Source of the DNA: Callorhinchus milii
Taxonomy: Eukaryota
DNA length: 64,000 bases
Direction: 5' to 3'
NCBI RefSeq assembly: GCF_018977255.1
Contig: NW_024704743.1
Coordinates: 42,658,001 to 42,722,000, forward strand
Shown one piece after another: positions 11,676 to 26,059 of this stretch. The position numbers and the translations under genes are program-made. The notes beneath the pieces were generated by a model. It was not told the DNA's origin and ran no database searches. It saw only the letters and a list, made by a program, of their open reading frames with translations. The number at the start of each line of letters is the position of its first letter. The first letter of the stretch is position 1.

Positions 11676-14600
11676 ATCTTCTCATCACAGTATCAGTCTT
11701 TCTTTTAAATGAGTCTTGTATCCTTGTCTAATCCAATCTTCCTGGTAACCTGTTCCAATCACTAATTACCCTCCGGGTGAAGAAAAACTTCCTGATGTCA
11801 GTCCAGAAATTGCAATTTTTTTTCAATTCTGAATCTATGTCTTCTTGTTCTGCTGTCTTAGTGAATTTCAGAGTATTATTATGGTTTAATTTCTCAATCT
11901 AAGATGCCTGAGACAGAACAGCCATAGCTCATTTACTCAATGCTCATAGATCATTCCTCGAACACTGGGGAGAAGAACAATAGTGGCTTTCGAGAAAATT
12001 CAATGTCCTGCAGTATAGAGTGCTAATACAGTTTCTTGTTTTGGGCCTTGTGTCGCTGAGGTCTCAGCATTTGTTATCACCAGTATATGTAAAAGGTTCA
12101 GATTAAGAAGGCCCTTCATTCCATTTGATCTCATTCTACCACAATACTCACTGTAACCTACCTCATTACAGCAAGTTTAAATGAGTCCAATATCTGGGCT
12201 CAACAACCCTTCCTGGAAACACATCCAAGTCAGTTTTTTTTTGTTCAGCTGGATGTCTGACACATGCAGAAACCTATTACAATGCATTGTTGGAGCTGCC
12301 ATTCATATATCCAGGGCTTGGAATCCACTTTGATTCATTTACAGAGAGGTAAGCATCTGCTGCTCAAGCTCGTCACCTCCAACTGTTGGAAGCATCACTT
12401 AAAACAGGTCCAGATTCATCCAAGCAGTGGGCAGGAAGATGGTGGCAATGTGTATTTTATACTGAGAAAATGCAAAAATTATTATTATTCTGTTGCCCAC
12501 CAGGAAGCTCAGACAAGCAACGGGAAATCTGAACAGAAAGTGCTTTCAATGGCAAGTTGTGTAGTTTTAGCTGGTGAGCAGCAGCATCCAAATTAACATT
12601 CTGGGGTCCCCAAGCCTGGACTCTTGCCAATCTGTGCCTAATACCTTCCGGAATTAGGTAAGCAGGATGCATCCCTCCAGGGAGAGAGTGAGCATTCCTC
12701 TCCAATAAACATCTCTGAATTTTCCATGTATAGGTGGGATGCACAGAACTGTTTGGTTTGGGTACTCTCAAGCATGATGATGGTTTCCACACACGTGGCT
12801 AACCCCCTCAAAATACCAGGAGAACTCGTAATGAAATAAATGAACACCAGGTAGCTACTGAAGACTCTACATTTAGCACAGAAAGTGATTGAAGCTGAGA
12901 ACACAAAACTATTGATTTGGCAACTGAGCTTCTGAGAAAAGAATGCAAGAGAAACAAAGTTGTTCCCTCCCCCATACAATCAGGAATATGTCCAACAGAT
13001 GCTCTAAGCATATTAAAACATCAAATATAAAATAATGTCCTAAATTATAAAAACTGTATATGAAGTATTAGAGGCTTGAGTGGATATGGGGATCTCGGGG
13101 CAGTGGAATTGAATGAACATCTTGCTCTGCCAGCCAGTCCAGACTCGATGGGCCAAATAGCTTTTTTCAGTGCTGTTATAATCTATGATTTTAAATTAGA
13201 CCCTATTGTGGAGCACTGTTTTCAGTGTTAAGCATAAATGCTTATTCCAGAATATGGATAGGCAAACAAGACCAGTTGGCATGGGAGCCTATTTCCTTCT
13301 CAAAGCTCTGTCAGAAATATAGCACTCCATTGGAAAAATACACTGGAAATATTGTAAATAAATTATGAATACTTATTTAGCCATGTTATCTTGTCTTCAA
13401 ACTGAAGAACAAAATTGAATTTCAGTGTCGCTGAATCTGTGCTGAACACTATTGGAAAACTGCAGCCAACTCTTATCCAGAATAAGGTCTAATTTGTGGT
13501 ATTTCTTATTGGAGTTCCTGAATAATAGATTGGATTAGATCAGAGCTCCTAAAGGTTGTGTAACATGTCCAATCACTAGAAGGAGTTCCTTTAGCACATT
13601 AGAAAAACCCATTAAAAAAAAACTCATAATAAGCATCACTTTCACAAATTCTAACAGTTTATGCACCTATGCATGTGATAGACCATCCACGCCATCTCTT
13701 ATTCTTTATTTTAAAAGTTTTCCTCTTTCCTGTGAAGTGTTTCCTAAAGATACTCACCATAGCCTGCCTTTAATTAATTTAGTTCACAGTTGTCACTCTT
13801 CTATCAATGCCACATCAACTCATTCAAATCTCTTTTATTGCTAGCCTTGGGTTCAGTTCTCAACTACATTGACAGATATTTGTTTTATTCATGTGTTCCC
13901 TTTTCCCGATTTAGCCAATTTTGAAGTCTGTGCACATTGAATCCACATCACAGACAGAAGCTAGAGAGACACCTCCAGGCTGTTTAACTTGATCACATAG
14001 ATGTGCTGAAAGCTATGTCAATGTTTTCAAGACTAACTCTACTGCAGATTCAGAATCCTATCTTTCTTTGTCATTCATACCTTATTCCAGAAAAACATAC
14101 CCAAAACTGTGATGTTTAAAACACTTGAATTGCATTGATGCTAACAGTTTTTGACATTTCAGATTTTTTTTATAACATATTCATTGAATCAAATCTTTCA
14201 TTAACATTTTTGAGTTTCAGAGTTCACATTTTGCCTTCCGGCTGCTTCTCAGTGATTAATGAGAAACTTCATACTCGAAGCTGGGTCAGGAGAAAGCACT
14301 TGGCAATGAGTTTAAATGAACAATTTAAAGGTTCCTAGAAGTTATGGTGGATAAAATCGTTTACATTTCATGATGCATTCAATGGGTTCTCACATCCATT
14401 TCACTATGAAACATCATAAATTTCAAGTCACTCCTAAAATATCACCAGGTACTGGACATCCCTCCAAATTCTGCTGTCTTATCTGCTTGTCTTTATGCTA
14501 CTCTCCCAGGAACAGTGGTTGAGGCAGAATCTATATTAGCTATCAGAGCTAGATAAATATCTAAAAAAGCAGCAAGCTACAGGGGTGGTTTGGATACTCT

Positions 14601-15244
14601 TAAGTATGATAATGGATTTATGCAGTTGTCAGATACCGGGCTGACCAAAACAAAACAGGAGTAATAGGGAAAGGGATAGTCAGTAATTGCTCTTTAAAAG
14701 AGCCAGCATTGACATGATGGGAAGAATGGCCTTCTTCTATGCAGTACATTTCTGTGGATCTATGCTTCCATCTTGCTTTTTTAACATGATATAAAACAGT
14801 TTTGTAAAAAAGAATTCCAGCCTCTAGAACAGCTTATTTTTTTTAGATTGTTCAATGGTTTTGGGTCATTATTTATGAAAGAAATACAAAATCCACAATT
14901 TTGCTAGCTATGAGTTATATTTTTTCAAGTCAAAGTTTATCAGAAAAAAAATCACAAATTGTGGTGGTCGGAAACTGGTCCCTTTTTTGACCAATCCAAG
15001 TCCTCTCGGGCCAGTGCTCTAACCACTAAGCTACAGAATGGGGGGAGAGGAAGGATGCATAAAACCAAATGTGGGTGATAAACTGTGCTTGAGTTCAGGG
15101 TTCACTCAAGGACAGAATAATCATCTCTGGAATTTCCATGTGTAGGTGGATACTCAAGCAACATGATGCGTTTCTGCATGTATCAGACTCCTGGCTGACC
15201 AAAAAAATACATTGATTAAAAAATGCTCAATGTTTTTTATCCTA

Positions 15245-15615
15245 TTAGCGGGGTGTCTGACATATACGGAACCCATTACCATGCTTAAGAGTATCCAAAC
15301 CGAATTGAGATTTCCATATACATCCCACCTACACATGGAAATCCCAGAAATAGATTGCTGGAATGGAATGCGCACTCTCTCCCTGGAGGGACGCTTCCTG
15401 CTTATCTAATTCCTAATGGAATCCCCAAGTCTTGGCTTGTGCCAACCTTCACCTAATAATTTCTGAAATTTGGTAAGCAGGATACATCCCTCCAGGAAGA
15501 GATTGTGCACTGCATTCCAGACACGGGAAATACCATATGTAAGTGACTACTCAGTCTTGTTTGGATACTCTTAAGCATAGTAGTGGGTTTTCACAAAATA
15601 GACACCTGACAAAAA
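15245..15615. mobile_element. Palindromic MITE-like element (multi-copy family in window)
   Basis: Perfect 20-bp inverted repeat (15281-15300 / 15559-15578) plus imperfect inner and outer arms; related pieces at ~12243, 12600-12810, 14590, 15050, 22960-23165, 28690, 29400, 34370. Confidence 0.7.
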
Positions 15616-17689
15616 GCAATTCAGTTATCTGTGGTACATTGCAGCACTTGCATGTATAATAGTAGCTAATGAGATTTATTAACTAGGAGGGAGTTAATTA
15701 TGAAAAGGATTGATCGTTACACATTTATGTGGCTGTATCAAATGCAAGGATTATTATTGTTATTATTATCACACTGCTGTTATATACTGTACTTTGTTAA
15801 AGTAATCATGTATGGGGCTTTTTACAAAGGTATCTATTGTGTATTCTCAATCATACATCCCATTCAAAATTAATATAATATTTTTTAAGGAGAAGCAAAA
15901 GAGGTACAGGATTGAAAGAGCTTTGAAATATAATAATCTTTCCATTCAATAGTATTCCAGAAGTTCGAATACACAGTTTATATATTAGCAGCTGGAAAAT
16001 TAAAAAGGAGGGTCTTGCAGAGCTCAGGATTTCTGGTAGCGTATTCACAATATATTGTTTCTATTAAAATTCTATGTTCAACTCCAGGATTTGTCATCAC
16101 AAACACAAAGTGACAGTTGAATTTTAAGTGCTGGGTTATTTAAGTTGAAAGATGTTCTATATTCACTGAATGGACAGAAGACAAAAAGACAGATAACTTG
16201 CTTGCACACACTGATAAATTGTAATTCGCTATAGATTTCTTGATCGGTTTACACTAATGAACTAATTCATCAGCCTTGAGACAGTAGTGTCACTAGCTTC
16301 AGAAAATGTAACTGAATTATGAGAATGCAGAGACCATACTAGAAAACCCATGTCATTGATGGCTGAAGAACTGAAAATTGAATACCTAAATAGGAAACCT
16401 TTTGACTAAGTTATGTTTGCAGCGCTGTCATCAATTAATTGACTTAATGCTGGATACATGGTTTATATTGGAACTTGATATTTGGAAAGTTATTCACAAA
16501 TTAATGCTGAATGAATTATTGATCAAGGGTATGTGTTGCTATCCTACGTATTTTACACATGAAGATGCATAAACTGATCAGCCAATAAAAAAACAGCTGG
16601 GAACGTTTTCCTTGCACAGCCTGAAATTGCTCCACCCTAACAAGAATGGCTGGTGAAAATCCTCAAACGTTTTAAACAACCTGGAAATGGAAACCACAAT
16701 TAGGATCTACTGGTGAATGTGGACATTCTGGGTTTGAATGCAATAAGACAAATCTTTTGTTCATTTTAAATTGCTCACATATCAGGTTCAGCATGATTTG
16801 ATATGATCCAACCTGAACCCATAGAACAAGAAGCCATAAATAAGCTACTGATACTCCGGCAGAGTGTCACACAGATGCTTCCTTTCTTATGGAGCCCATC
16901 TGCTTCACAAGCTTATTTTCTATTGAACATAAGTTGTTTTGTTTATTGTACTACAATTGCTGCCTTCTCTTGACCTGTGCTAATTAATTTCCAAGAAGGT
17001 GGCTATCGATCGCGGATTGAAACAGTAAACAAGGTGGCTTTGGGTCTGCTGCCTAATCTGATCATCACAACCTGCAATTCTTCCACTGAAGAATAAGAGG
17101 CAAAGAGTACCATTAAATGTTGGGCTGAGAGATCCAGCGACCCTGAGGTAAGCCAAGCCTCCTCCTTTTATAGACACATGGCTCCTCCCATTAAACAAAG
17201 TATCAGAGTGGTTTTTTTCCCCCCAAGCTAAACAGCAGATATTTTAACTTGTTGCAAGTAATTGTTTCACTCTCTAAGTCCCCAAATTTAGTGTTTCCAT
17301 AGCTGCTTGCAAAACATGCTTGCCTTGTTTTGAGGAATTAATAATCTTCAAGGGGCAGGCAAACCCAACATATAATAACAACAAAATTACATTTGTATGG
17401 TGCCTTTCATGTCGGGGGAACATACCAAGGCACTGGACAGTCAGTGTTTCGGACCCGAGCTGGGAGTCACGATCGGGGAAGGTGAAGGGCAGGCAGGGAA
17501 GGAAGGTGACTGAAGGCACGGTCAAAGAGAAGAGTCTTGAGATGGGTCTTGAAGGAGGCAAGGGCGAAGCGGAGGCACTGTGGGATGGAGTTTCAGAGTG
17601 CCTGCATTGCAGGGAGAAATCAATCCACTGGCATTGATCAGAATTATTAGATAGATTATAATTCAAATAATTTTATAACTTAATGAGAG

Positions 17690-18394
17690 GCACAGAGGTG
17701 TGTGGTAGAGAAAAGACTGTCATTGTGCAGGAAGGCCTGAGAGAAATAAAGATGGAGTCAGGGATTGACAGAAGCGTGGTGTGGGTGGGGAAGAAAAGGT
17801 CTGGCATTCTGTGGGGAGGTCTGAGAGAGAAACAAAGAAAGACAACGAGAGTCAAAGACAGGGAGGCCCTGTGTGAGAGGAAAGAGAAAAGGACACCATA
17901 TGGGGAGACATGAAAGAGATCTGGCCAGCTTGGCCATGCAGTAACAGTAGAGCTGTTAGTACAAGAAAAGGTTAACAGAATTGATGGCTCATAAGCAGCG
18001 ACCTGAGAGTAGGGCGCCTGACTAGAGACCACGGGAATGCAAGGTTATGAAAACATACTGATTGAGGAAGAACAGGGAGTACGGACAAGAAGCTACATAA
18101 GGAGGAAAACTAGTCTCAGCAGGGCACATAGACTAATAGAGAAGTACCATCACGAGTAGATCACGGGTACACCAACTAGCTGGGTATAAATACAACAGAC
18201 ACACAAAGAAAAGTTGAGCTCCACAGAGTAAGAACTACAGGTTGCTGAGCCGAGTGCTGGTCATCAGGCAAGACTGCTTATCTGGTAGTATATTCTGTTA
18301 TATTGTGGAATAAACTGTCTTGATTGTACAACTCTGTGTTCAGACCTTTATTGGTTAATGGCGAGGATCCAATTACGGTAGAAAGAATCGAACA
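17690..18394 (+). mobile_element. Possible solo LTR
   Basis: Purine-rich U3-like stretch, TATAAA (~18184), AATAAA (~18309) and U5-like tail; TG..CA ends and TSD not resolved. Confidence 0.4.
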
Positions 18395-21300
18395 AAGCTC
18401 CTGATTGAAGTGTTTAGTTAATATTCTGCATTGTATTTCATGTGATGATCTGACACTATTTTACTAACCACAATAGAACAAGTCCAAATTAGTCTGGAAA
18501 TCGGGCTTTAAACTGTATTGCAAATTGGACCCTAAAATCATAATAATGACAGTAATGACCTTTCCCTGTATTGCTCAGTACAATGATTCAGATCATATAA
18601 TTGAGTTAGTTTTAAACCCCTGGGCCTCTCTCTGATAATTATCTTCATATTGCATTTGTCCATGGTGTATTAATCATATTTAGTGGGTGGGACTGTATCA
18701 CTTGTATCTGCCAGGATATAATAAACTGGTGGAAAAGGCTCCATGTGTTGAATGGCCTCCTCTCTGTGCTTGCTTCGCTATGTTTTTATGTTCCTAAAGG
18801 CCTTTTGCTATTTTTATGTTGTATATTATTGTATTTGATATAGAGCCTTTTCACATCAAACAATCTTAAAGGACTTCATATAATGACTTGTCTTGAAGTG
18901 TTGTTAAATAGGCACATTTCCAAACAACCTGCAACAGCAAAGTTCACAAATAGCAATGATTTGTAAATTTAATGTGTTTTCGGTTTGGTGAAATTTAATG
19001 TGGTGAATGTTAGCCAAGGCTCAGAAATTCTCTATTCTTTGAAATAGAGACATAAGATCTTGACTTTACGTCTAACTTATAGGAGTCCTTAAGCTTAAAC
19101 TTCTCGAAGACATGATAAGGAGCTATAGCAAATGCAAGGATTATTATCATAGGAATTAAAGGAAAAAAGTTTCAAGTTCAGTATATCATCTAAAGGAAAG
19201 CATTGCACCTGGATTATAAATATAGTGTGACTCAAATTAGCAATCTTCTGATCAAGAATGAAGTGAAATTTAAATATTTACACTGTTTGTTATTGAAAAA
19301 ATAGATTCCTTCTCCCAACTGGTCTTCAGTTGTTCTTCCAACTTTCTCAGAGATCGTCTCAAGTGAACACACTCACATAATAATAATAATCCTTGCATTT
19401 GATATAGCGCCTTATCACGTCTTCGATACGTCTCAAAGAGCTTCACAGAATATACTCTAAAGTGAATTGACTGTATATTTTGTTAATGAAACGTAGCAGC
19501 CAATTGTGCACAGCAGTGTCCCACAGGCAGTTGTGAATCTTCTTTATATGCCTTTGCTAACAATGCTCTTGAGATAAGTACTATACTAATACTGTTGAGC
19601 CAGCTCTTTGGAGGGGAACAGGTGTCCTAAATTGACTTCCCCCTAATTTCTCTCTCTCCCTGTGAACAAGCACTGTCTGACTACACAACATTTATTCCAG
19701 AATCCCAAACAAGATCAGAAACTTTACAAAGTGGTAAAATCACTGCTCGAGTATTTTTGTATGAAAGTTGTTGTTAAGACAGATTGAATTTATGAGACAG
19801 CAAAGATCTCCCCAGAACATCGGTCTCACGAATCTAAGGAATGTACAGAAGATTTGTTACAGATAACTCAGTTATAGACGCGAATGCTTTTGCCAACAAT
19901 TATACCATTGAACGCTTTTTTAAGCCCTTTGAAAAAGTTTCTAGTGAGTCAATTACACCATTATAATCACCATAACCTGCGTTTTTTTCTAAGCATTTCA
20001 AGACACTACATTGCGTGACGGATGCTACATAAATGGAAGTTGTTGTTGTAATAAGGGAGAAAGGGAGAGAAGGAGAGATTCAAATGGCTCGCTCCTGTTC
20101 CTGCTGGTTCTATTTCCTGCTAAAGGTAAGCTTTGACATTTCCAAAATCCTTCTTCCCAAAACAGCTAATCTGTGCAATCTGCTGTCCGCTGCAGCCTCT
20201 CCTTTCACACACTTTTTATTAGCTACAAGGATGAGAGAGTTCACCATTGCCACCATTAGAGTTTATTAAAGATTCACCAAGCCCCTTTATTGGCTGAGAG
20301 AGAAGTGCAGTTGTTTTTCAAGTTCACAATGTGTACCAAATATGGCTCCAATTCATAGATTTTTTAAATATTTGTCCAAAACTAGGGAAATCCTCTAAGA
20401 TTTAGTTATACCTTCCAAGTCCGTTTGCGCAATCATATTCCATACTTCATCATTTTTCAATTTTGCCCTTTTATTTGATTTGGAATCCATTCTCCTTATC
20501 TCCCAAAGGTAACTAATACTGGATAAACCTGGTGCATTCTTAGCAAACTGTAACTGTGGAAATGGTGATACCTCTGACCCTGCGATGACCTTTCAGAAAC
20601 TGCAGTCACGAAGCAAATCTGTTTTTGTGTGGAGACGCAATTCAAACCTAATAATGCATAACTCAGATTAACATCTGCATCCAGCTTCACCTCCAAAAGG
20701 ATAATAAGAAAAAGCTCTTCATATTTCTCTAATTCACTTTTCTGATTACAAACTTCCACCCTCCGTTTTGAACGAGATATTAACCATCTGTTTGTTTTTC
20801 AGGTTTCAAGCATCAATCTGCCGTCTAACTCTTTCTGCACATTCATTCCACCTCAATTACTTTTTATTAATGTACCGTTCTTCAAAGCCATCCACATTGA
20901 TTTCCAATTATACTAACAAAATCCGTGAATTTTCTACTAGCATTTTTCAGTTCTGTTCGCAATATCTCATCAAGCTGATACTGTTGATTAGATTTATCAT
21001 CAAGATGTTTCACAAGGTCAAAAGAGAGGGTTGGATGAAGGCTCCCCTTTAGCCCATTTGATCTCATTTTTCTAGAACACACATAGCCATCTGACAGTTC
21101 CAACATCAAACTATTTCTTCAAAGAATCCAGTGTCCAGTCCTCTACTACCCTTCCCGCTACAACTCCACATGTTAATTACCCTTTGTATAAAGAAATCTG
21201 AACCTGTATCCTCTTGTCCTGCTGCCTTGGCATATTTTAAACTACAGTTGCGGGATGATATTTTTAAACCCGTTTAGCATTGTATATGGCTTCTAACTAG

Positions 21301-21766
21301 CAGAATTAGGAGCAACTTTTACAAGTACATTTCCCAGAGTGGACCTGAGGTCCCGGAGTGTAGAGGCTGAAGGCACGCCACTGATGGTGGATAAGAGGGG
21401 ACGAGGGGCAAGCAGGAGGCCGGAGCCAAGCGGAGGCAACGGGTAAGGGAGTTGGATGGTAAGTAAATCGGATAGGTAGGGAGTTGCGAGGGCATGAAGG
21501 GATTTGAAAATGAATGAGAGTATCTTGAAATCGGTGTGATGGGAGTATGGAGTTTTGCGCAGGTAAGTATCCGGGTGGTGGAGTTTTGAGTTGAATTTTG
21601 TGTATGGCGGAGGCATGTAAAACACCTTTACATTGTTTGTTAATACTGTATTATTAAAGAACTGCTTGCGTGATCATATCTTTAATAATATTAAAATATG
21701 AACCTCCCACTAATACTCATCATTAAATATTAAGTATGTGTAATACAGTACAGATTTGGCCATAAG

Positions 21767-22079
21767 ATAATAATAATCATTGTATTTGATATAGCGCTTT
21801 TCACATCTTGTAGAAGTCTTAAAGCGCTTCACAGAATATACTGTAAAGTGAATTGACTGTATATTTGTGGGCGTAAACGCGGCAGCCAATTGCGCACAGC
21901 AGTGTCCTACAAACAGTCGTGGATTGAAGTGACCAATTTATTATTGTTTTTTTCTCTTGAGGGATTATTATCAGGCGTGTGGAGTAAGGAAACTTGCCCA
22001 AGGTTTCGCCCTGCGGGAATCGAATACAGGTCTCTCGCTTGCCAGGCGAGTGCTCTAACCACTGAGCTACAGGACTCCA
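21767..22079 (-). mobile_element. Full-length young tRNA-derived SINE
   Basis: Reverse complement GGAGTCCTGTAGCTCAGTGGTTAGAGCACTCGC...TATTCGATTCCC, Deu-like body, L2-shared tail. Confidence 0.9.
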
Positions 22080-24489
22080 TGTTCTTTCGTGGGTTCCATT
22101 TTCATCACGAAGACTTCACGAGGTACTAGGTCATAAGCCCTGCAGAAGTCAATGTACACAATTTAGGTGGGTTTCCCGTCAGTCTTACAATGTTCTGCGA
22201 TCTCATACAGAGTCACAAGCTATCCCACACATTCCTCACAAGAACAGAAGCCAGACTGCTCCTTCCTGATCAAACCACGAGCCTCCAATGTGTGTGAAAT
22301 CTGCGCCACCTTAAGAACCACTGAAATCAGTGAGAATCTTGTTAGCCAATGTAGAGCAAAACCTGTTGTTAAGCAACATCTCGATCTCAGCTCACATAAC
22401 ATTGACAACAATACCTGTAAAAGCCCAGTCTTTCTTAATTCTTAATAAAATACTGTTAAACTTGTTGTGAAAGGCACAAGTCGGGACTTTGAGCTCATAG
22501 ATTAGGTGAGCTAAAGTGAATTTACGTGAATTACCAATTTTATTTGGGTATTGTTTGCCTGGACACTGGCAGAAATTCTTCTCATTTCAAATAGTTAACA
22601 TCCATCTGAACAGGCGGAAGGAGCCCCAGTTTATGTGTCAGCATTAGTGAAGATCACAAAACAAGCTGGTGTACAGGATGCTCCCTCTTCTCTTTATAGT
22701 ATAAACTATAAGCTATTTTGGAGATAAATACCAAATCATTTTACCAAGAACTTGAGAAAGAATCCACTATTTTTACTGCGGTGACATCCAGCTCTAGTGG
22801 CTGGAACAGCATTTCTTCCTTTTTTTGTGATTTAATGTTTTTAAGAAACTTGTGGATCTAGTTTATATTTGCTTGATTTGGTTCTTTTGGGAAATCTTGG
22901 ATTGTGTGTTGGATATTATATATTGCCTTAAGTGATTTTTTAAAAAATCAATAAAGAGTCACATTCTCTCCCAGACATGGGGCAATTTCTATGTGTAAGT
23001 GGCAACATGTGTGTAACTCTTATTCTGCTTTCAATCTTGACATGGTGATGCGTTTCCACACATTTACCTAAACATACAAAGTCACTGAACTTTACATTAA
23101 AATAGCACTATGTCAAATGTAAGTATTATTAATTTGGGTCAGACACCTGGCTGACACACAAAAAATCAACTAGAGGAAAATCAGAGATTTTACATTTCAG
23201 AGTTTTTAAATTAATAAAAATCAGAAAGATGAATTGATAAAATAAATATACTGTTGGGAACAAAGAAACGGCCAGGATAGAATTAATCATTCTGTCTGAG
23301 CCTTGGGAGGTCCTTCCATTGTGAAAGGCACTATATAAATGTAGTTTGTTACTTTTATTTTGTTGAGCCTGTCATATAGTTGCAGTCAGAATAGAACCAC
23401 CTATCCTGTCTGGCCAAAGTATGGAGGTGGGAACCCGAGAAGAGAGAAACCAAAATGATTGTCTTCTATGCTTAACAGCTCATTTATTACTGAGTCAAAT
23501 ATATAGTTTTACATGAATACAATAGGCAATAGACAGTATTTTGCTTCACTCAGAGTATGTCACCTTGAGAGAGCTGGTAGTGGACATTGAATTCCATTGT
23601 AGTTTGAGAGTGTCAATTGTGAGTTTTGAATTCTTCAATTCAATCTATAGAATCCGTAGAGTGTGGAGGTGGGTGTGACTTCTCTTCTTGCTTGAACCTA
23701 TGAAACTCAGGTGGGAGGTGTGCTGGCCTTCGTGAAGGAATGAATGATGTATGCCACAGTGTCACTCATGGATCTTCCTTTTATATCCTAGTTATTTACT
23801 CCATTATCCACACCTGTTCATCCTTCATTCAGCAAGAACATCTTTAATCACGTTCTCACAGTCAGCTTTGATTTACTACCTTCTCATGGCATCTTTCATC
23901 ACGTTTCCACAAATAACCTTGTCTGGTTACATTCACCATCAGCTCCACCTGACATCAGATTACATTTCACAACAATACGTTACCTGACATTACTTGTACA
24001 GCATCTAATTAGTGATGTGTTTATAATATCATTTGTCTTATTTATTTCCATTGGGCTGCACAAATTCTATAAATGTAGTGTACTTGTGGATTTTGAAAAG
24101 GAATTGGTTGTTGTGAAGGGTTAATAATATTTCAAAAGATTTACTATAATGAGGTAGCCTCATGAATTTTAATTCCATTAGCTGCCAACATATTTAAATT
24201 CCTGGACGCAAAGAGTTGAGTGCAAGGCAATGGCTTTGTCTGAGAGAGAGGTCCATGGATATGAAAATCAACTTGAAACATTTGATCGCTAGTTTCTGAT
24301 GGAGAATGTTAAGATCAAAATGTTCTTGTGTTTCTGAAATAAACATGGGGTCTAGATGAAGTACAAGTCACTGTTGCAATGTTCACAGACTTGTGGATGA
24401 TTTTTCTCACAAAACCCACTTTACAGCATATACTGTGAAGCACTTTGAGTCATCTCAACAGTGTGATAAGGCGCTATATCAAATGCAAG

Positions 24490-24616
24490 GATTATTACTA
24501 TTATTATTAATATGATTATGATGATGGTCATGATGATGGTTATTATGCTTATTATGATTGTGATCATGAATATGTATGTGAATATGTATATGATTATTAT
24601 CATTATTATTATTATT
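24490..24616. repeat. (ATT/ATG)n microsatellite expanded from a SINE tail
   Basis: Directly follows aaatgcaagg SINE terminus. Confidence 0.85.
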
Positions 24617-24903
24617 GAGAACCCAACCTCAATGTTTGAGTGTTATAGAGCATCCAGTGATTCCCGGAATAGTATATGTTGTTTGCAATGACAATAATGA
24701 TCCCTACATTTGATATTGTATCGACAACATCAAAGCATTTCAAAGCACTTCACAGGTAATTGCTGCTGAGGGTAATGACAGCAGCCAATTTGTGTAAACA
24801 TCCATGAAGTGATTACTTATTATCTGGAGAATTGTTGGCCATGACATTGGAAGAAACTCATTTCTTCAAATGGTATTATGGCATTTTTAACATCTACCTG
24901 CAG

Positions 24904-25255
24904 AAGTCCTGTAGTGTAGCGATTAAAGCACACGTCTTGCAAGCAAGAGGACCTGGGTTTGATTCACAGGCAGAGCGTAACCATAGGCACGTTTCCTTAC
25001 TCCACACGTCTTTGTTTACCTAGCAGTAAGTAGGAACCCGCTTGTTAGTTGATTGGCAGAACACTTTTAAAAATAATAAATCCCTCCAAAACAAAATGTT
25101 GATCCACGACTGTTTGAGAAACACTGCTGAGCGCAATTGGCTGCCATGTTTGGTCCACAAAATACACTGTCAATTCACTTTACAATATACTCTGTGAAGA
25201 GGGTTGAGACATCTCATTGACGTAATAAGGAAACTATTATTATTTTTATCATTAT
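24904..25255 (+). mobile_element. tRNA-derived SINE
   Basis: aagtcctgtagtgtagcg head, shared body and tail. Confidence 0.8.
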
Positions 25256-26059
25256 CACCCGAAGAAGCAGACAGGACTTTGGTTTATCATTTCATCTGAA
25301 GAGTGGCACCTCCAACAATGCATAGCTCTGCCAGTACTGCACTTGAGTGTCAGTCTAAACTCTAGACTATGAACTCAATGTCCTGGTGCGGTGCTCAAAC
25401 CACAACCTTCTGATGATGAGGTGAGAGTGCTTCCGATTGAACCAAGCTGACCATGACAAGAGGCCAGGATTCAATAGTGCAGATGGGTGAATATTATGGG
25501 GATTTTACTTTATTAATTTTAAGGATCAAAGAGTATACATGGACAGCTTTTACCCAGGTGACAAAGTGGGTGAGGTGAATGCACATACAGGTAGATGTTA
25601 AATTCTGAATAGACATTTTTCATTCCATATTTTGTCTCCAGCTCCTCCATTAGTATGAAACTTCAAGATATTTTACGTTGGATCAAATGAAAAATCATTC
25701 ATTCCGATCAATTATTACATTGCATTTGACAGGCCAAGGGCTAGCATTCATTCCCACAAAACACAGTCACTTCACTTTACAGCATATCCTGTGAAGCTCT
25801 TTGATATGTCCTCCTGATGTGAAAGTCACTATACCAAATGTAAGGATAATAATAATAATGTTACCTCAGAGTCAATAGGCTGAATGGTGCTTTCCCATCA
25901 CGGTATCAACTTAGAAGCTTGCCACAATAAATCAGGTTACATTTTAAGAGAAATTAAATCTGACTTGATAACATTATAAAGTGTTTCACATTTTTTAGAT
26001 AAATGATTCGACTAAATTAATTGTACGCAGCTTTTTGTTGCACGAACATCCAATGGAAA

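Noticed and set aside
16429..16443. Palindrome TCAATTAATTGA as a homeodomain enhancer
   Set aside because: A short AT-rich palindrome is expected by chance, and conservation cannot be assessed from this window.
20745..20790. BCL2 BH2-like motif (YLVQNGGW) on the minus strand
   Set aside because: Short match, preceded by a stop, with no BH1 NWGR-like motif nearby; insufficient for a family call.
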